Assembly: GCA_036502405.1 (NCBI GenBank)
Contig: DASXYP010000022.1
Location: forward strand, 572 to 64,571
DNA: 64,000 nucleotides
Direction: 5' to 3'
Origin: Acidimicrobiia bacterium
Lineage (GTDB): Bacteria; Actinomycetota; Acidimicrobiia; IMCC26256; JAENVU01
Part shown: positions 35,087 to 43,959 of the stretch, one piece after another
Layout of the letters: the number at the start of each line of letters is the position of its first letter
How positions within the stretch are numbered: the stretch's first letter is position 1
Notes under the pieces: generated by a model
Databases searched by the model: none
Told to the model about the DNA's origin: nothing
The model's input: the letters and a program-made list of their open reading frames with translations, nothing else
Position numbers and translations under genes: made by a program

Positions 35087-35800
35087 GTGAGCGCGGCGCC
35101 GACCCCCACCCGCCGGACCGTCCGCTGGGGCCTCGGCGACGTGGTCTGGGTCTGGTTCGTGGGCCTGGTCGCCGGGTCCCTGGCCGGGACGATCACGCTC
35201 GCGATCCGGGGGCGGGCCTCGGGCCTCGACCCCGACGGGATCGACCTCGCCGTCGGGCTGATCGCGCAGAACGGCGCGATCCTGCTCGCGCTGGTCGGTC
35301 TGAGCCGGTCGAAGGGTCGCAGCTCGCTGCACGACGACTTCGGACTGGCGCTGCGCGGCCGCGACTGGCCCTGGCTGGCGGCCGGCGTGCTGCTCCAGGT
35401 GCTGGCCATCGGCGCGGTCGAGCTGCTCCAGCAGATCGGGCCCGGTCTCCCCGAGCAGCAGGCCGCCGAGACGGTGTCGCACAGCCAGGGGCCCGAGATC
35501 GTCCTGGTGGTGCTCGGCGTCGCCCTGTTGGCCCCGCTGGTCGAGGAGCTGCTGTTCCGGGGCCTGCTGCTGCGGGCACTGCTGCGCAGGACCACCCCCG
35601 TCCGGGCGGTGACGATCTCGGCGGTGGTCTTCGCGGCGGCCCACCTGCTCGACCCGAGTACCGCCACGCTGATGGCGCCGCTGCTGCTCCTCGCGGTGAT
35701 CTCGGGCATCCGGGCGGTACGCACCGGGAACCTCTCGCAGTCGATCATGCTCCACGTCGGCTTCAACCTGCTCTCCGCGATCCTCCTGCTCTGGGCCTGA
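35087..35800 (+). CDS. CPBP family intramembrane glutamic endopeptidase (CAAX protease-like)
   Basis: Contains EELLFRG, FAAAHL and HVGFN motifs in a multi-TM protein. TAGCCT at 35074-35079 lies 8 nt before the GTG at 35087. Confidence 0.7.
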   Translation: MSAAPTPTRRTVRWGLGDVVWVWFVGLVAGSLAGTITLAIRGRASGLDPDGIDLAVGLIAQNGAILLALVGLSRSKGRSSLHDDFGLALRGRDWPWLAAGVLLQVLAIGAVELLQQIGPGLPEQQAAETVSHSQGPEIVLVVLGVALLAPLVEELLFRGLLLRALLRRTTPVRAVTISAVVFAAAHLLDPSTATLMAPLLLLAVISGIRAVRTGNLSQSIMLHVGFNLLSAILLLWA

Positions 35801-35863
35801 CCGCGGCGGTCCGGAGGCCCGAGTCCGGGGTTTCGCAGGGCCCTGACCAGGGGAAACATCGAG

Positions 35864-35902
35864 TCATCCTCTCGTTCATCCCTCGTCATCCCTTGATCAT
35901 CC
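35864..35902. promoter_or_regulatory. four direct TCATCC repeats phased 12/10/11 bp
   Basis: TCATCC occurs at 35864-35869, 35876-35881, 35886-35891 and 35897-35902, in an AT-richer intergenic stretch upstream of the zinc-ribbon mini-ORF. Confidence 0.55.
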
Positions 35903-35976
35903 TCCAGAAAATTCCGGCCTGGGGACGACATCAGACACGAGAGCAAGATCACGCAGACGCCACAGGAGCGGAACCC

Positions 35977-36147
35977 ATGCAGTGCAGCCGGTGTGCCACC
36001 AACGGGATCGTCGAGATCAAGATGAAGATCGCGGGCGAGGACGTGATGTTCCGGCAGTGCGGTCGCTGCGAGGAGAAGAGCTGGCTGACCGTCGACGGTC
36101 CGCTGTCGCTCACCCGGGTCCTCGAGATGGCCAAGGTGGCGCGGTAG
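35977..36147 (+). CDS. 56-aa zinc-ribbon mini-protein (CxxC...CxxC)
   Basis: Sequence MQCSRC...QCGRCEEKSW. AGGAG lies 9 nt upstream of the ATG. It is preceded by an unusually AT-richer intergenic region. Confidence 0.5.
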   Translation: MQCSRCATNGIVEIKMKIAGEDVMFRQCGRCEEKSWLTVDGPLSLTRVLEMAKVAR

Positions 36148-36190
36148 GCGCACCACCAGGCGCTGGCGCGCTCGAGGAGCAGGAGCGCAG

Positions 36191-36320
36191 ACCGGAGCGG
36201 GCGCGGAAGCGGGCACGGCTGAGCGGAGTGCGGGAGCGGGCACGAAGTGCGGACGCCGCAGCGACCCGAGATGCAGTGCGCCGCCGGAGCGACCCGGAGC
36301 CGCGAAGGTCGGAGTGACCA
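36191..36320. repeat. GGAGCGG-rich intergenic repeat cluster, including a 36-nt copy (36233-36268) of the element found at 57899-57934
   Basis: GGAGCGGGCACGAAGTGCGGACGCCGCAGCGACCCG matches GGAGCGGGCACGGAGTGCGGAGACCGGAGCGACCCG at 32/36 positions. Confidence 0.7.
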
Positions 36321-36344
36321 GAAAGGGCGCGACCCGGCGCCGCG

Positions 36345-38915
36345 ATGTGGGGCTGCCATGCTGAGGGCATGACGGTGAGCGAGCTCCCACCGGAGGCGCT
36401 CGCGCCCGAGACCGGGCCGCCGCCGGAGGTGCCGGCCCTCGCCGACGTGGCGCTCCCACCGGGGGACCGGGACCTCGTCGTCGTCTGGCGGGTGCTCGGT
36501 GTGCTCGTCGTCGCGGCGTGCTGCATCGTCGTGCTGTGGCAGCTCGATCCCCGGCTGCTGCTGCGGGACACGACCGCCAACGGCGGCGACATGGGGGCCC
36601 ACGTGTGGTTCCCGGCGTACCTGCGGGACCACCTCCTCCCGCACTGGCGGGTCGCGGGGTGGTCGCCGGACTGGTTCGCGGGGTTCCCGGCAGGCCAGTT
36701 CTACTTCCCGCTCCCGGCCGTCATCACCGTCGTGCTCGGTGTGGTCATGCCCTACAACGTCGCGTTCAAGGTCGTCACGGCGCTGGGCCTGGTCCTCATG
36801 CCGGCCGCCGCCTACGGGCTCGGTCGCGGGCTGAACGTGCGGCGTCCCGGCCCGGAGCTGTTCGCGCTCTCGACCACGCTCTTTCTGTTCTTCAAGGGTG
36901 TCGCTGCGGCGCCCGGCACCCACGACGCCACGATCCAGTTCAACCAGCGGATCATGGGCGGGCCGATCGTGAGCGCGCTGGCGGGGGAGTACTCGTTCTC
37001 GCTGGCGCTGACGTTCGGGATCGGGTTCCTCGGCGCGCTCGCGTACTCGTTGCGCACGCGCCGCCGGCTGTGGCTTCCCGCGGTCCTGCTCGCGTGCGCG
37101 GTGCTGTCCCACATCGTCGTCGGGATCTTCGTCGTCGTCGGCGCGCTGATCGTGTGGCTCTTCCACCGGCCGATCCGGTCGCTGCGCGTGGCCGGTGCCG
37201 TGGGCGCCGTCGGCGCGCTGCTCACGGCGTTCTGGAGCGTCCCGCTGCTGGCGACCTTCGCCTACACGGCGAACATGCGCTACGAGAAGCTCACCTGGTA
37301 CGTCGACTACCTCTTCCCGGGTGAGCTGTGGTGGGTCTACGCGCTGGCGGCGATCGGCGTGGTCATCGCGCTCGCCCGGCGGGACCGACCCGTGCTCACG
37401 GTCGTCGCGCTGACCGCGGTGTTCGCCGTCATCTTCCGGGTGTGGCCCGAGCTGCACGCGTGGAACCTGCGGTTCCTCCCGTTCTGGTACCTCGGGCTCT
37501 TCCTCCTCGCCGCCTCGGGCGTGGCCGAGCTGGCCCGCGGCGCCGCGCAGCAGATCGCGCTCGTCTGGCTCGGCTCGCCGCCGGACCTCGGCGACGACTG
37601 GGCCCTCGACCCGGTCGTCGACGGTCGACGGTTCCGGCTGGTGAAGAGCGTCGTCGCGGTCACCCTGGTCGTCCTGCTTTCCGCGGGCGGGCTCGTCTAC
37701 GCCCACTCGGAGCGCGGGTTCCTCGACTTCTGGGCCGAATGGAACTACTCCGGCTACCAGGACACGTCGCCGACCAGCACGAAGCCGAAGCCGTACGGCG
37801 AGTACCGCGACCTCATGGACCAGATGGGCCGCCTGCCGCCGGGCCGCGCGATGTGGGAGGGCGGGCAGGCGATCGACACGTACGGGACGTCGCTCGCGCT
37901 GATGCTGCTGCCGTACTGGACCCACGGCCGGATCGCGTCCATGGAGGGCCTCTACTACGAGTCGTCGGCCACCACGCCGTTCCACTTCATGGCGGTCGCT
38001 CCGCTGTCCGGACCGGGCAACGCGTCGAACCCGGTGCGCGGGCTCGACTACCGGACGATCGACGACTTCGACCTCGGTGTCCGCTACATGCGGCTGCTCG
38101 GTGTCCGCTACTACATGGCGTACTCGAGCGAGGCGAAGACCAAGGCGAACGCCAACCAGGACCTCGCGCTCATCGCCCAGGTGCGCGACCGGGACAAGGC
38201 GCCGCCGCTCGGCTGGAACATCTACCGGGTCAAGGGCGCCGCAACCGTCGCGCCGCTGCCGTACGAGCCGGTGGTCGCCACGGCCCATGCCGGCACCCAG
38301 TCCGAGTGCTTCGGGCGTCCCGTGGCCAAGGGCCAGGAGGATCCGGAGCTCGGGGCGTGGGAGTGCATCGCCGCGGGCTGGTGGAACGACCCCGCGGCGC
38401 TGGATCGTCCGATCGCGGCCGGTGGCCCCTCGAGCTGGGCCCGGGTGTCGGACGCGAACGCGAGCTCGGCCCCCCGCCGCCGGCTGCCGCCGGTGCGGGT
38501 CACGCGGGTGCGGAGCACGGACGATGCGGTGTCGTTCCACGTCTCGCGCACGGGCGTCCCGGTGATGGTGCGCACGTCGTACTTCCCGAACTGGGAGGTG
38601 AGCGGCGCGAAGGGTCCGTGGCGCGCCACCCCGAACTTCATGGTCGTGGTGCCGACGTCGCACACGGTGACGTTGCGCTACACCCGATCGGGGGCCGAGA
38701 AGGCGGGCATCGCCCTGTCGCTGGTGGGGTTGGTGGGGTTGGTGGGGCTGGTCTTCTGGCGGCCCGGCGACCCCGACGCGCGCCGCGCCGACCCGGGCCC
38801 CGACGAGACGCCGGGGGCAGGCCCGACGGGAGCGGGCGAAGCCGCCGAGGAGCCCGGTGAAGGCGAGCTCCGCGACAACGCCTCGGAGGAAGTGCAGGTC
38901 CCGGCGCTACCATGA
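36345..38915 (+). CDS. large polytopic membrane protein, putative GT-C-fold (YfhO / PTPS-related-like) glycosyltransferase
   Basis: GGDMGAH lies in the first external loop after TM1, followed by about 13 TM helices and a soluble domain of about 330 aa. It ends with SYFPNWEVSG...VTLRY plus a final TM helix. ATG 36369 is an alternative start. Confidence 0.5.
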   Translation: MWGCHAEGMTVSELPPEALAPETGPPPEVPALADVALPPGDRDLVVVWRVLGVLVVAACCIVVLWQLDPRLLLRDTTANGGDMGAHVWFPAYLRDHLLPHWRVAGWSPDWFAGFPAGQFYFPLPAVITVVLGVVMPYNVAFKVVTALGLVLMPAAAYGLGRGLNVRRPGPELFALSTTLFLFFKGVAAAPGTHDATIQFNQRIMGGPIVSALAGEYSFSLALTFGIGFLGALAYSLRTRRRLWLPAVLLACAVLSHIVVGIFVVVGALIVWLFHRPIRSLRVAGAVGAVGALLTAFWSVPLLATFAYTANMRYEKLTWYVDYLFPGELWWVYALAAIGVVIALARRDRPVLTVVALTAVFAVIFRVWPELHAWNLRFLPFWYLGLFLLAASGVAELARGAAQQIALVWLGSPPDLGDDWALDPVVDGRRFRLVKSVVAVTLVVLLSAGGLVYAHSERGFLDFWAEWNYSGYQDTSPTSTKPKPYGEYRDLMDQMGRLPPGRAMWEGGQAIDTYGTSLALMLLPYWTHGRIASMEGLYYESSATTPFHFMAVAPLSGPGNASNPVRGLDYRTIDDFDLGVRYMRLLGVRYYMAYSSEAKTKANANQDLALIAQVRDRDKAPPLGWNIYRVKGAATVAPLPYEPVVATAHAGTQSECFGRPVAKGQEDPELGAWECIAAGWWNDPAALDRPIAAGGPSSWARVSDANASSAPRRRLPPVRVTRVRSTDDAVSFHVSRTGVPVMVRTSYFPNWEVSGAKGPWRATPNFMVVVPTSHTVTLRYTRSGAEKAGIALSLVGLVGLVGLVFWRPGDPDARRADPGPDETPGAGPTGAGEAAEEPGEGELRDNASEEVQVPALP

Positions 38916-38961
38916 TCGTCCCGCCTTCCCCGGCGGTGAGGATCTTGAGGGCCCCCACACC

Positions 38962-40311
38962 GTGGCCGACGCGCTCGATTCCATCTTCAAGGCGTACGAC
39001 GTGCGCGGGATCTACCCCGACGAGATCGATGAATCCGTCGCGAAGAAGATCGGCAACGCCTTCGCCCGGTTCACCGCCGCGTCGACCGTCATCGTGGGCC
39101 ACGACATGCGCCCGTCGTCGGTGCCGCTGAGCGCCGCGTTCGTCGAGGGGGCGACCCTCGCGGGTGCGGACGTCGTGGACGTGGGTCTCGCCTCGACCGA
39201 CCTCGTGTACTTCGCCTCGGGGCTGCTCGACGCGCCCGCCGCGATGTTCACCGCGAGCCACAACCCCGCGCAGTACAACGGCATCAAGATGTGTCGGGCG
39301 TCGGCGGCACCGATCGGCGAGGCGACCGGGCTCGTCCAGATCAAGGAGGCGGTCGCCGCCGGGCTGGTCGAGCGGGCCGAGGAGGCCGGCCAGGTGGAGA
39401 CCCGGGATCTGCTGGGTGAGTTCGCCCGCCACGTCACCTCGTTCGTGGACGTCTCGGTGCTGCGGCCCCTGAAGGTCGTCGCGGACACCGCCAACGGGAT
39501 GGGGGGCCTGATCGCCCCGGCGGTCTTCGACGGTCTCCCGTTCGAGGTCGAGCTGCTGTTCCCCGAGCTCGACGGCACCTTCCCCAACCACCCGGCCGAT
39601 CCGATCCAGCCCGAGAACCTCGTCTCCCTCCAGAAGGCGGTGCTCGAGGCCGGCGCGGACGTCGGGCTCGCGTTCGACGGCGACGCCGACCGCGTCTTCC
39701 TCGTCGACGACCGGGCCCAGCCGATCTCCGGTTCGATCACCACCGCCATCGTCGCCAAGGCGATCCTCGCCAAGACCGGACCCGGCGAGTCGGTCGTCTA
39801 CAACCTGATCTGCTCGAAGGTCGTGCCCGAGATCATCGAGGAGATGGGGGGCACCCCGGTGCGGAGCCGGGTCGGGCACTCGTTCATCAAGCAGGTGATG
39901 GCCGAGACCGGCGCAGTCTTCGGCGGCGAGCACTCGGGGCACTACTACTTCCGCGACAATTGGCGCGCCGACTCCGGGATCATCGCGGCCGTGATGGTCC
40001 TCGAGCAGCTCAGCATCGCGAGCGAGCCGCTCTCGGAGCTCCGCAAGCCGTTCGAGCGCTACGCGCAATCCGGTGAGATCAACACGAAGGTCACGGACCC
40101 GCCGGCGGTCATCGAGCACGTCGCCGAGGCCTACCGCGACTTCGAGCAGGATCGGCTCGACGGGCTCACGGTCGACCTCGGCGACTGGTGGTTCAACCTG
40201 CGCCCCAGCAACACCGAGCCGTTGCTGCGCCTCAACGTGGAGGCAGCCGATCGGCTCGCGTGCGATGCTCACACCGAGACGGTCCTGAAGCTGATCAGAT
40301 CCGAGGCGTGA
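38962..40311 (+). CDS. phosphomannomutase/phosphoglucomutase
   Basis: Contains FKAYDVRG, TASHNP (active-site Ser) and GEHSGHY motifs. GAGGG lies 10 nt upstream of the GTG at 38962. Confidence 0.9.
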   Translation: MADALDSIFKAYDVRGIYPDEIDESVAKKIGNAFARFTAASTVIVGHDMRPSSVPLSAAFVEGATLAGADVVDVGLASTDLVYFASGLLDAPAAMFTASHNPAQYNGIKMCRASAAPIGEATGLVQIKEAVAAGLVERAEEAGQVETRDLLGEFARHVTSFVDVSVLRPLKVVADTANGMGGLIAPAVFDGLPFEVELLFPELDGTFPNHPADPIQPENLVSLQKAVLEAGADVGLAFDGDADRVFLVDDRAQPISGSITTAIVAKAILAKTGPGESVVYNLICSKVVPEIIEEMGGTPVRSRVGHSFIKQVMAETGAVFGGEHSGHYYFRDNWRADSGIIAAVMVLEQLSIASEPLSELRKPFERYAQSGEINTKVTDPPAVIEHVAEAYRDFEQDRLDGLTVDLGDWWFNLRPSNTEPLLRLNVEAADRLACDAHTETVLKLIRSEA

Positions 40312-40336
40312 CCTCGAACCCGGAGGAGACATCGAC

Positions 40337-40573
40337 GTGGCACTCGACCCCCAGCTGCTGGAGATCCTCGCCTGCCCGGAGGACAAGGGGCCGCTGCTCT
40401 ACTTCGCCGACGAGGGCTCGCTGTACAACCCGCGGCTGAAGCGCCGGTACGCCGTGCGCGACGACATCCCGATCATGCTCATCGACGAGGCGGAGACCGT
40501 CGCCGACGCGGAGCACGAGCGCCTGCTCGCCAAGGCCGACGCGGACGGCGTCAAGCCCACCTTCGCGGGCTAG
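40337..40573 (+). CDS. Trm112 family protein
   Basis: Contains LLEILACP..KG.L........L.......Y.V.D.IP.ML..EA, the Trm112/DUF343 pattern. GGAGGAGA Shine-Dalgarno sequence upstream. Confidence 0.75.
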   Translation: MALDPQLLEILACPEDKGPLLYFADEGSLYNPRLKRRYAVRDDIPIMLIDEAETVADAEHERLLAKADADGVKPTFAG

Positions 40574-40665
40574 CTCCCGTGCAGGGCCAGGTGTTGGTGG
40601 AGCGGGCGCGGAGCGGAGCGGTGACCGCGCGCGCTCGAGGCTGCACGACGAGCGCAGCGTGGCCG

Positions 40666-40695
40666 GAGCGGCCCGGCCCGCAGGGCCAAGAGCGG
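40666..40695 (+). promoter_or_regulatory. second copy of the 30-nt leader block, ending 5 nt before the ATG of the SIS PGI/PMI gene
   Basis: 29/30 identical to 17796-17825. Confidence 0.6.
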
Positions 40696-40700
40696 GAGAG

Positions 40701-41729
40701 ATGACGGACTCACTCGGGTTCCTCGACGTCGTGGCCGGGTTGCCCGAGCAGCTCGCCGCGGCGCACGAAGCGGCCGGCGAGGCCGTGATGCCCGACGCGC
40801 TCGCCGGCGTCGACGCGCTGCGCAGCATCGTGGTGATGGGGATGGGTGGCTCCGGCATCGCGGGCGACGTCCTCAACGTGGTGGCGAACGGCGTGCTCCC
40901 GGTCCCGGTGACGGTGCTCAAGCAGATCCGGACGCCGCGGTTCGTCGGCCCGGGGACGCTCGCGTTCGCGGTCTCGTACTCGGGCGACACCGAGGAGACC
41001 CTCTCCATGGCCCGCGGCGCGGTGGAGGCCGGTGCGACCCTGATCACAGTTTCGAGCGGTGGCGAGCTCGAGGAGCTCCCCGCCGCACTGCACTTCGGAT
41101 GTCCTCCGGGGTTGATGCCGCGCGCCGCACTCGGTGCTCTGGTCGCGCCGCTGCTCGTGACCCTCTTCCGCATGGGCCTCATGCCGGAGGCGCACGCGCT
41201 GCTCGTGCGCGCGCAGGAGCAGCTCGCGGTCCGGCGCGACCGCTGCCGTCCGGGAGTCGAGGGGGCGGTGAACCCGGCCCGCGAGATCGCGCGCCGGATC
41301 GACCGGACGATCCCCCTGATCCACGCGGGCGGCGCGCTCGGAGCGGTCGCGGCGATGCGATGGAAGTGCGACGTCAACGAGAACGCGAAGGCGCCCGCGT
41401 TCTGGGCCGCGCACCCCGAGCTGGACCACAACGAGATCTCCGGCTTCGGCCAGCACGGTGACGTGACCCGGCAGGTGCTCACGCTGGTCGAGCTGCGCCA
41501 CGGGTTCGAGCACGAGCGGCTCGCGCCGCGCTTCGACTACGCGCGCGGCCTGATCGAGGAGTGCGTCGCGTCGGTGATCGAGGTGCAGGCCGAGGGTGAG
41601 GGTCGGCTCGCGCAGCTGCTGGACCTGATGTACCTGGGGGACTGGGTGAGCTGCTACCTCGCGTTCGCCAACGACGTCGACCCCGGGCCGATCGACGCGA
41701 TCACGTCGTTGAAGGCGGCACTGCGATGA
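40701..41729 (+). CDS. SIS-domain bifunctional phosphoglucose/phosphomannose isomerase family protein
   Basis: Contains VVMGMGGSGIAGD and SYSGDTEET SIS motifs, with a C-terminal PGI/PMI domain. The ATG at 40701 is preferred over the GTG at 40659 (see the shared leader block finding). Confidence 0.7.
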   Translation: MTDSLGFLDVVAGLPEQLAAAHEAAGEAVMPDALAGVDALRSIVVMGMGGSGIAGDVLNVVANGVLPVPVTVLKQIRTPRFVGPGTLAFAVSYSGDTEETLSMARGAVEAGATLITVSSGGELEELPAALHFGCPPGLMPRAALGALVAPLLVTLFRMGLMPEAHALLVRAQEQLAVRRDRCRPGVEGAVNPAREIARRIDRTIPLIHAGGALGAVAAMRWKCDVNENAKAPAFWAAHPELDHNEISGFGQHGDVTRQVLTLVELRHGFEHERLAPRFDYARGLIEECVASVIEVQAEGEGRLAQLLDLMYLGDWVSCYLAFANDVDPGPIDAITSLKAALR

Positions 41730-41754
41730 GCGAAGTGGACGGAGGGCGGATCAG

Positions 41755-42225
41755 ATGAGCGACGCGGACCTGGTCAGCGAATCGGGGGCGCCGTCGCGCT
41801 TCTCGACCGCGGGCTTCGCGGTCCGGGTCGACAAGCCCTGGGGTCACGAGATCGTCTGGACGCCGCCCGATCGCCCGTACGTCGGCAAGATGCTGCACGT
41901 CGACGCGGGCCGGCGGCTCTCGCTCCAGGTCCACGACGCCAAGACCGAGTCCTGGTTCCTGATGCGCGGGCGCGCCAAGGTCGTCTGGGACGACGGGACC
42001 GGCGCGCTGGTCGAGACCGAGCTCGAGCCCGGGCTCGGCTACTCGTGCCAGATCGGTCAGCGCCACCGGCTCGTCGGCATCACCGACTGCGACATCCTCG
42101 AGGTCTCGACGCCCGAGATCGGCACGACGCACCGGCTCGAGGACGACTACGCCCGCCCGGACGAGACCGAGGCGGTGCGTTCGAGCCCCGGCCGGGGGTG
42201 GTCCTCCGCCGGCCCGGAGTCGTAG
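41755..42225 (+). CDS. cupin-domain protein (type II mannose-6-phosphate isomerase-like)
   Basis: Contains KPWG.E.W and LSLQVH..K.E.W cupin motifs. GGAGGG Shine-Dalgarno sequence 9 nt upstream. Confidence 0.6.
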   Translation: MSDADLVSESGAPSRFSTAGFAVRVDKPWGHEIVWTPPDRPYVGKMLHVDAGRRLSLQVHDAKTESWFLMRGRAKVVWDDGTGALVETELEPGLGYSCQIGQRHRLVGITDCDILEVSTPEIGTTHRLEDDYARPDETEAVRSSPGRGWSSAGPES

Positions 42226-42354
42226 GTTCCCGGCACTGCGCGCGCTACGCTGGAATCCTGGTCGGGCCCCCCGAGGGCTGTCATCCGGTGTTCCGGGCCG
42301 ACTCCATCTGACCGGGCACGATCGCAGTGCCTTGACCATCAATGGAGTAGCGCA

Positions 42355-43806
42355 ATGACGACGACCGTTCCTTCCTCCCTCGACGCGGGCGACTTCCAGG
42401 TCGCCGACCTCGGCCTCGCCGACTTCGGCCGCAAGGAGATCGAGCTCGCCGAGCACGAGATGCCGGGCCTGATGGCTCTGCGCGACCGCTACTCGGCCAG
42501 CAAGCCGCTCAGCGGGGCCCGCATCACCGGCTCGCTGCACATGACGATCCAGACCGCGGTGCTGATCGAGACGCTGGTCGCGCTCGGGGCCCAGGTCCGC
42601 TGGGCGAGCTGCAACATCTTCTCCACCCAGGACCATGCGGCCGCCGCGATCGCCGCGGCCGGCGTTCCCGTGTTCGCGTGGAAGGGCGAGACCCTCGAGG
42701 AGTACTGGGACTGCACCGAGAAGGCGCTGCGCTGGCCGGACGGTGGCGGCCCGAACATGATCCTCGACGACGGTGGCGACGCGACGCTCGTCGTGCACCG
42801 AGGCGTGGAGTTCGAGAAGGCCGGCCAGGTCCCGGACCCGAAGTCGGCCGACTCCGAGGAGTTCGAGATCGTCCTCAAGCTCCTGACCCGCATCCAGGCC
42901 GAGGACAACCGGCTGTGGCACGGGATCGCGGACGGGATCAAGGGCGTCACCGAGGAGACCACCACCGGCGTCCATCGCCTCTACCAGATGACCGAAGCTG
43001 GCTCGCTGCTGTTCCCGGCCATCAACGTCAACGACTCGGTGACGAAGTCGAAGTTCGACAACCTCTACGGCTGCCGGCACTCGCTCGTCGACGGAATCTG
43101 CCGCGCGACCGACGTCATGCTCGCGGGCAAGGTCACCGTGGTCTGTGGGTACGGCGACGTCGGCAAGGGCTGCGCCCAGTCGCTGCGGGGCCAGGGCGCC
43201 CGGGTCGTCATCACCGAGATCGACCCGATCTGCGCGCTGCAGGCCGCGATGGAGGGGTACGAGGTCACGACGCTCGACGACGTCGTCGACAGCGCCGACC
43301 TCTTCGTCACCACCACCGGGAACAAGAACATCATCACGGCCGAGCACATGGGTCGCATGAAGCACAACGCGATCGTCGGGAACATCGGTCACTTCGACAA
43401 CGAGATCGACATGGCCGGTCTCGCGAAGGTCGACGGCATCGAGCGGATCGAGATCAAGCCGCAGGTCGACGAGTGGAGGTTCCCGTCCACGCCTGGTCAG
43501 GGCGGTCACTCGGTGATCATCCTCGCCGAGGGACGGCTGCTGAACCTCGGCTGCGCGACCGGCCATCCGAGCTTCGTGATGTCGAACAGCTTCACCAACC
43601 AGGTGATGGCCCAGCTCGAGCTCTTCACGCACCCGGACTTCTACGAGCGCAAGGTGTACACGCTGCCCAAGCACCTCGACGAGGAGGTGGCGCGCCTTCA
43701 CCTCGACAAGCTCGGCGTCAAGCTCACGACGCTGACCGAGGAGCAGGCGGACTACCTCGGCATCCCCGTCGAGGGGCCCTACAAGCCCGATCACTACCGG
43801 TACTGA
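42355..43806 (+). CDS. ahcY: adenosylhomocysteinase
   Basis: 483 aa, with [31 protein letters not shown] and a C-terminal ..YRY. Unmistakably AhcY. Confidence 0.97.
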   Translation: MTTTVPSSLDAGDFQVADLGLADFGRKEIELAEHEMPGLMALRDRYSASKPLSGARITGSLHMTIQTAVLIETLVALGAQVRWASCNIFSTQDHAAAAIAAAGVPVFAWKGETLEEYWDCTEKALRWPDGGGPNMILDDGGDATLVVHRGVEFEKAGQVPDPKSADSEEFEIVLKLLTRIQAEDNRLWHGIADGIKGVTEETTTGVHRLYQMTEAGSLLFPAINVNDSVTKSKFDNLYGCRHSLVDGICRATDVMLAGKVTVVCGYGDVGKGCAQSLRGQGARVVITEIDPICALQAAMEGYEVTTLDDVVDSADLFVTTTGNKNIITAEHMGRMKHNAIVGNIGHFDNEIDMAGLAKVDGIERIEIKPQVDEWRFPSTPGQGGHSVIILAEGRLLNLGCATGHPSFVMSNSFTNQVMAQLELFTHPDFYERKVYTLPKHLDEEVARLHLDKLGVKLTTLTEEQADYLGIPVEGPYKPDHYRY

Positions 43807-43849
43807 GCAGCACGGGCCGTTCGCGGTCGGTGGGGCGAGGAACGGGTCC

Positions 43850-43876
43850 GGCCGCGCGGCCTCATGCCGCGCGGCC
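43850..43876 (+). terminator. strong hairpin downstream of ahcY
   Basis: GGCCGCGCGGC-ctcat-GCCGCGCGGCC, a perfect 11-bp stem. Confidence 0.65.
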
Positions 43877-43959
43877 GGTCGCGTCCCGCGGTTCGCGGAG
43901 TGGTTCGCAGCGACGACGCGGGAGCATTGCTGTCCCAGCCCGTCGGTAGCGTGTCGGGC

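Noticed and set aside
35977-36147. Whether the zinc-ribbon mini-ORF is the missing WhiB2 homologue.
   Set aside because: It has two CxxC pairs but lacks the WhiB spacing (C-x(n)-C-x2-C-x5-C), the GVWGG turn and the basic C-terminal tail.
38340-38420. A GWWND motif in the soluble domain of the GT-C-like protein as an STT3/PglB WWDYG-type oligosaccharyltransferase signature.
   Set aside because: The motif lies far from the last helix of the main TM bundle and the surrounding sequence does not resemble STT3. It is probably a chance match.
42226-42354. An SAH riboswitch or other structured leader upstream of ahcY. I noticed a 9-bp inverted repeat, GGCACTGCG 42232-42240 / CGCAGTGCC 42323-42331.
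   Set aside because: I cannot find the conserved SAH-riboswitch core as I remember it. The likely -10 (TACGCT 42247-42252) would exclude the left arm from the transcript. This needs Rfam cmscan to settle.
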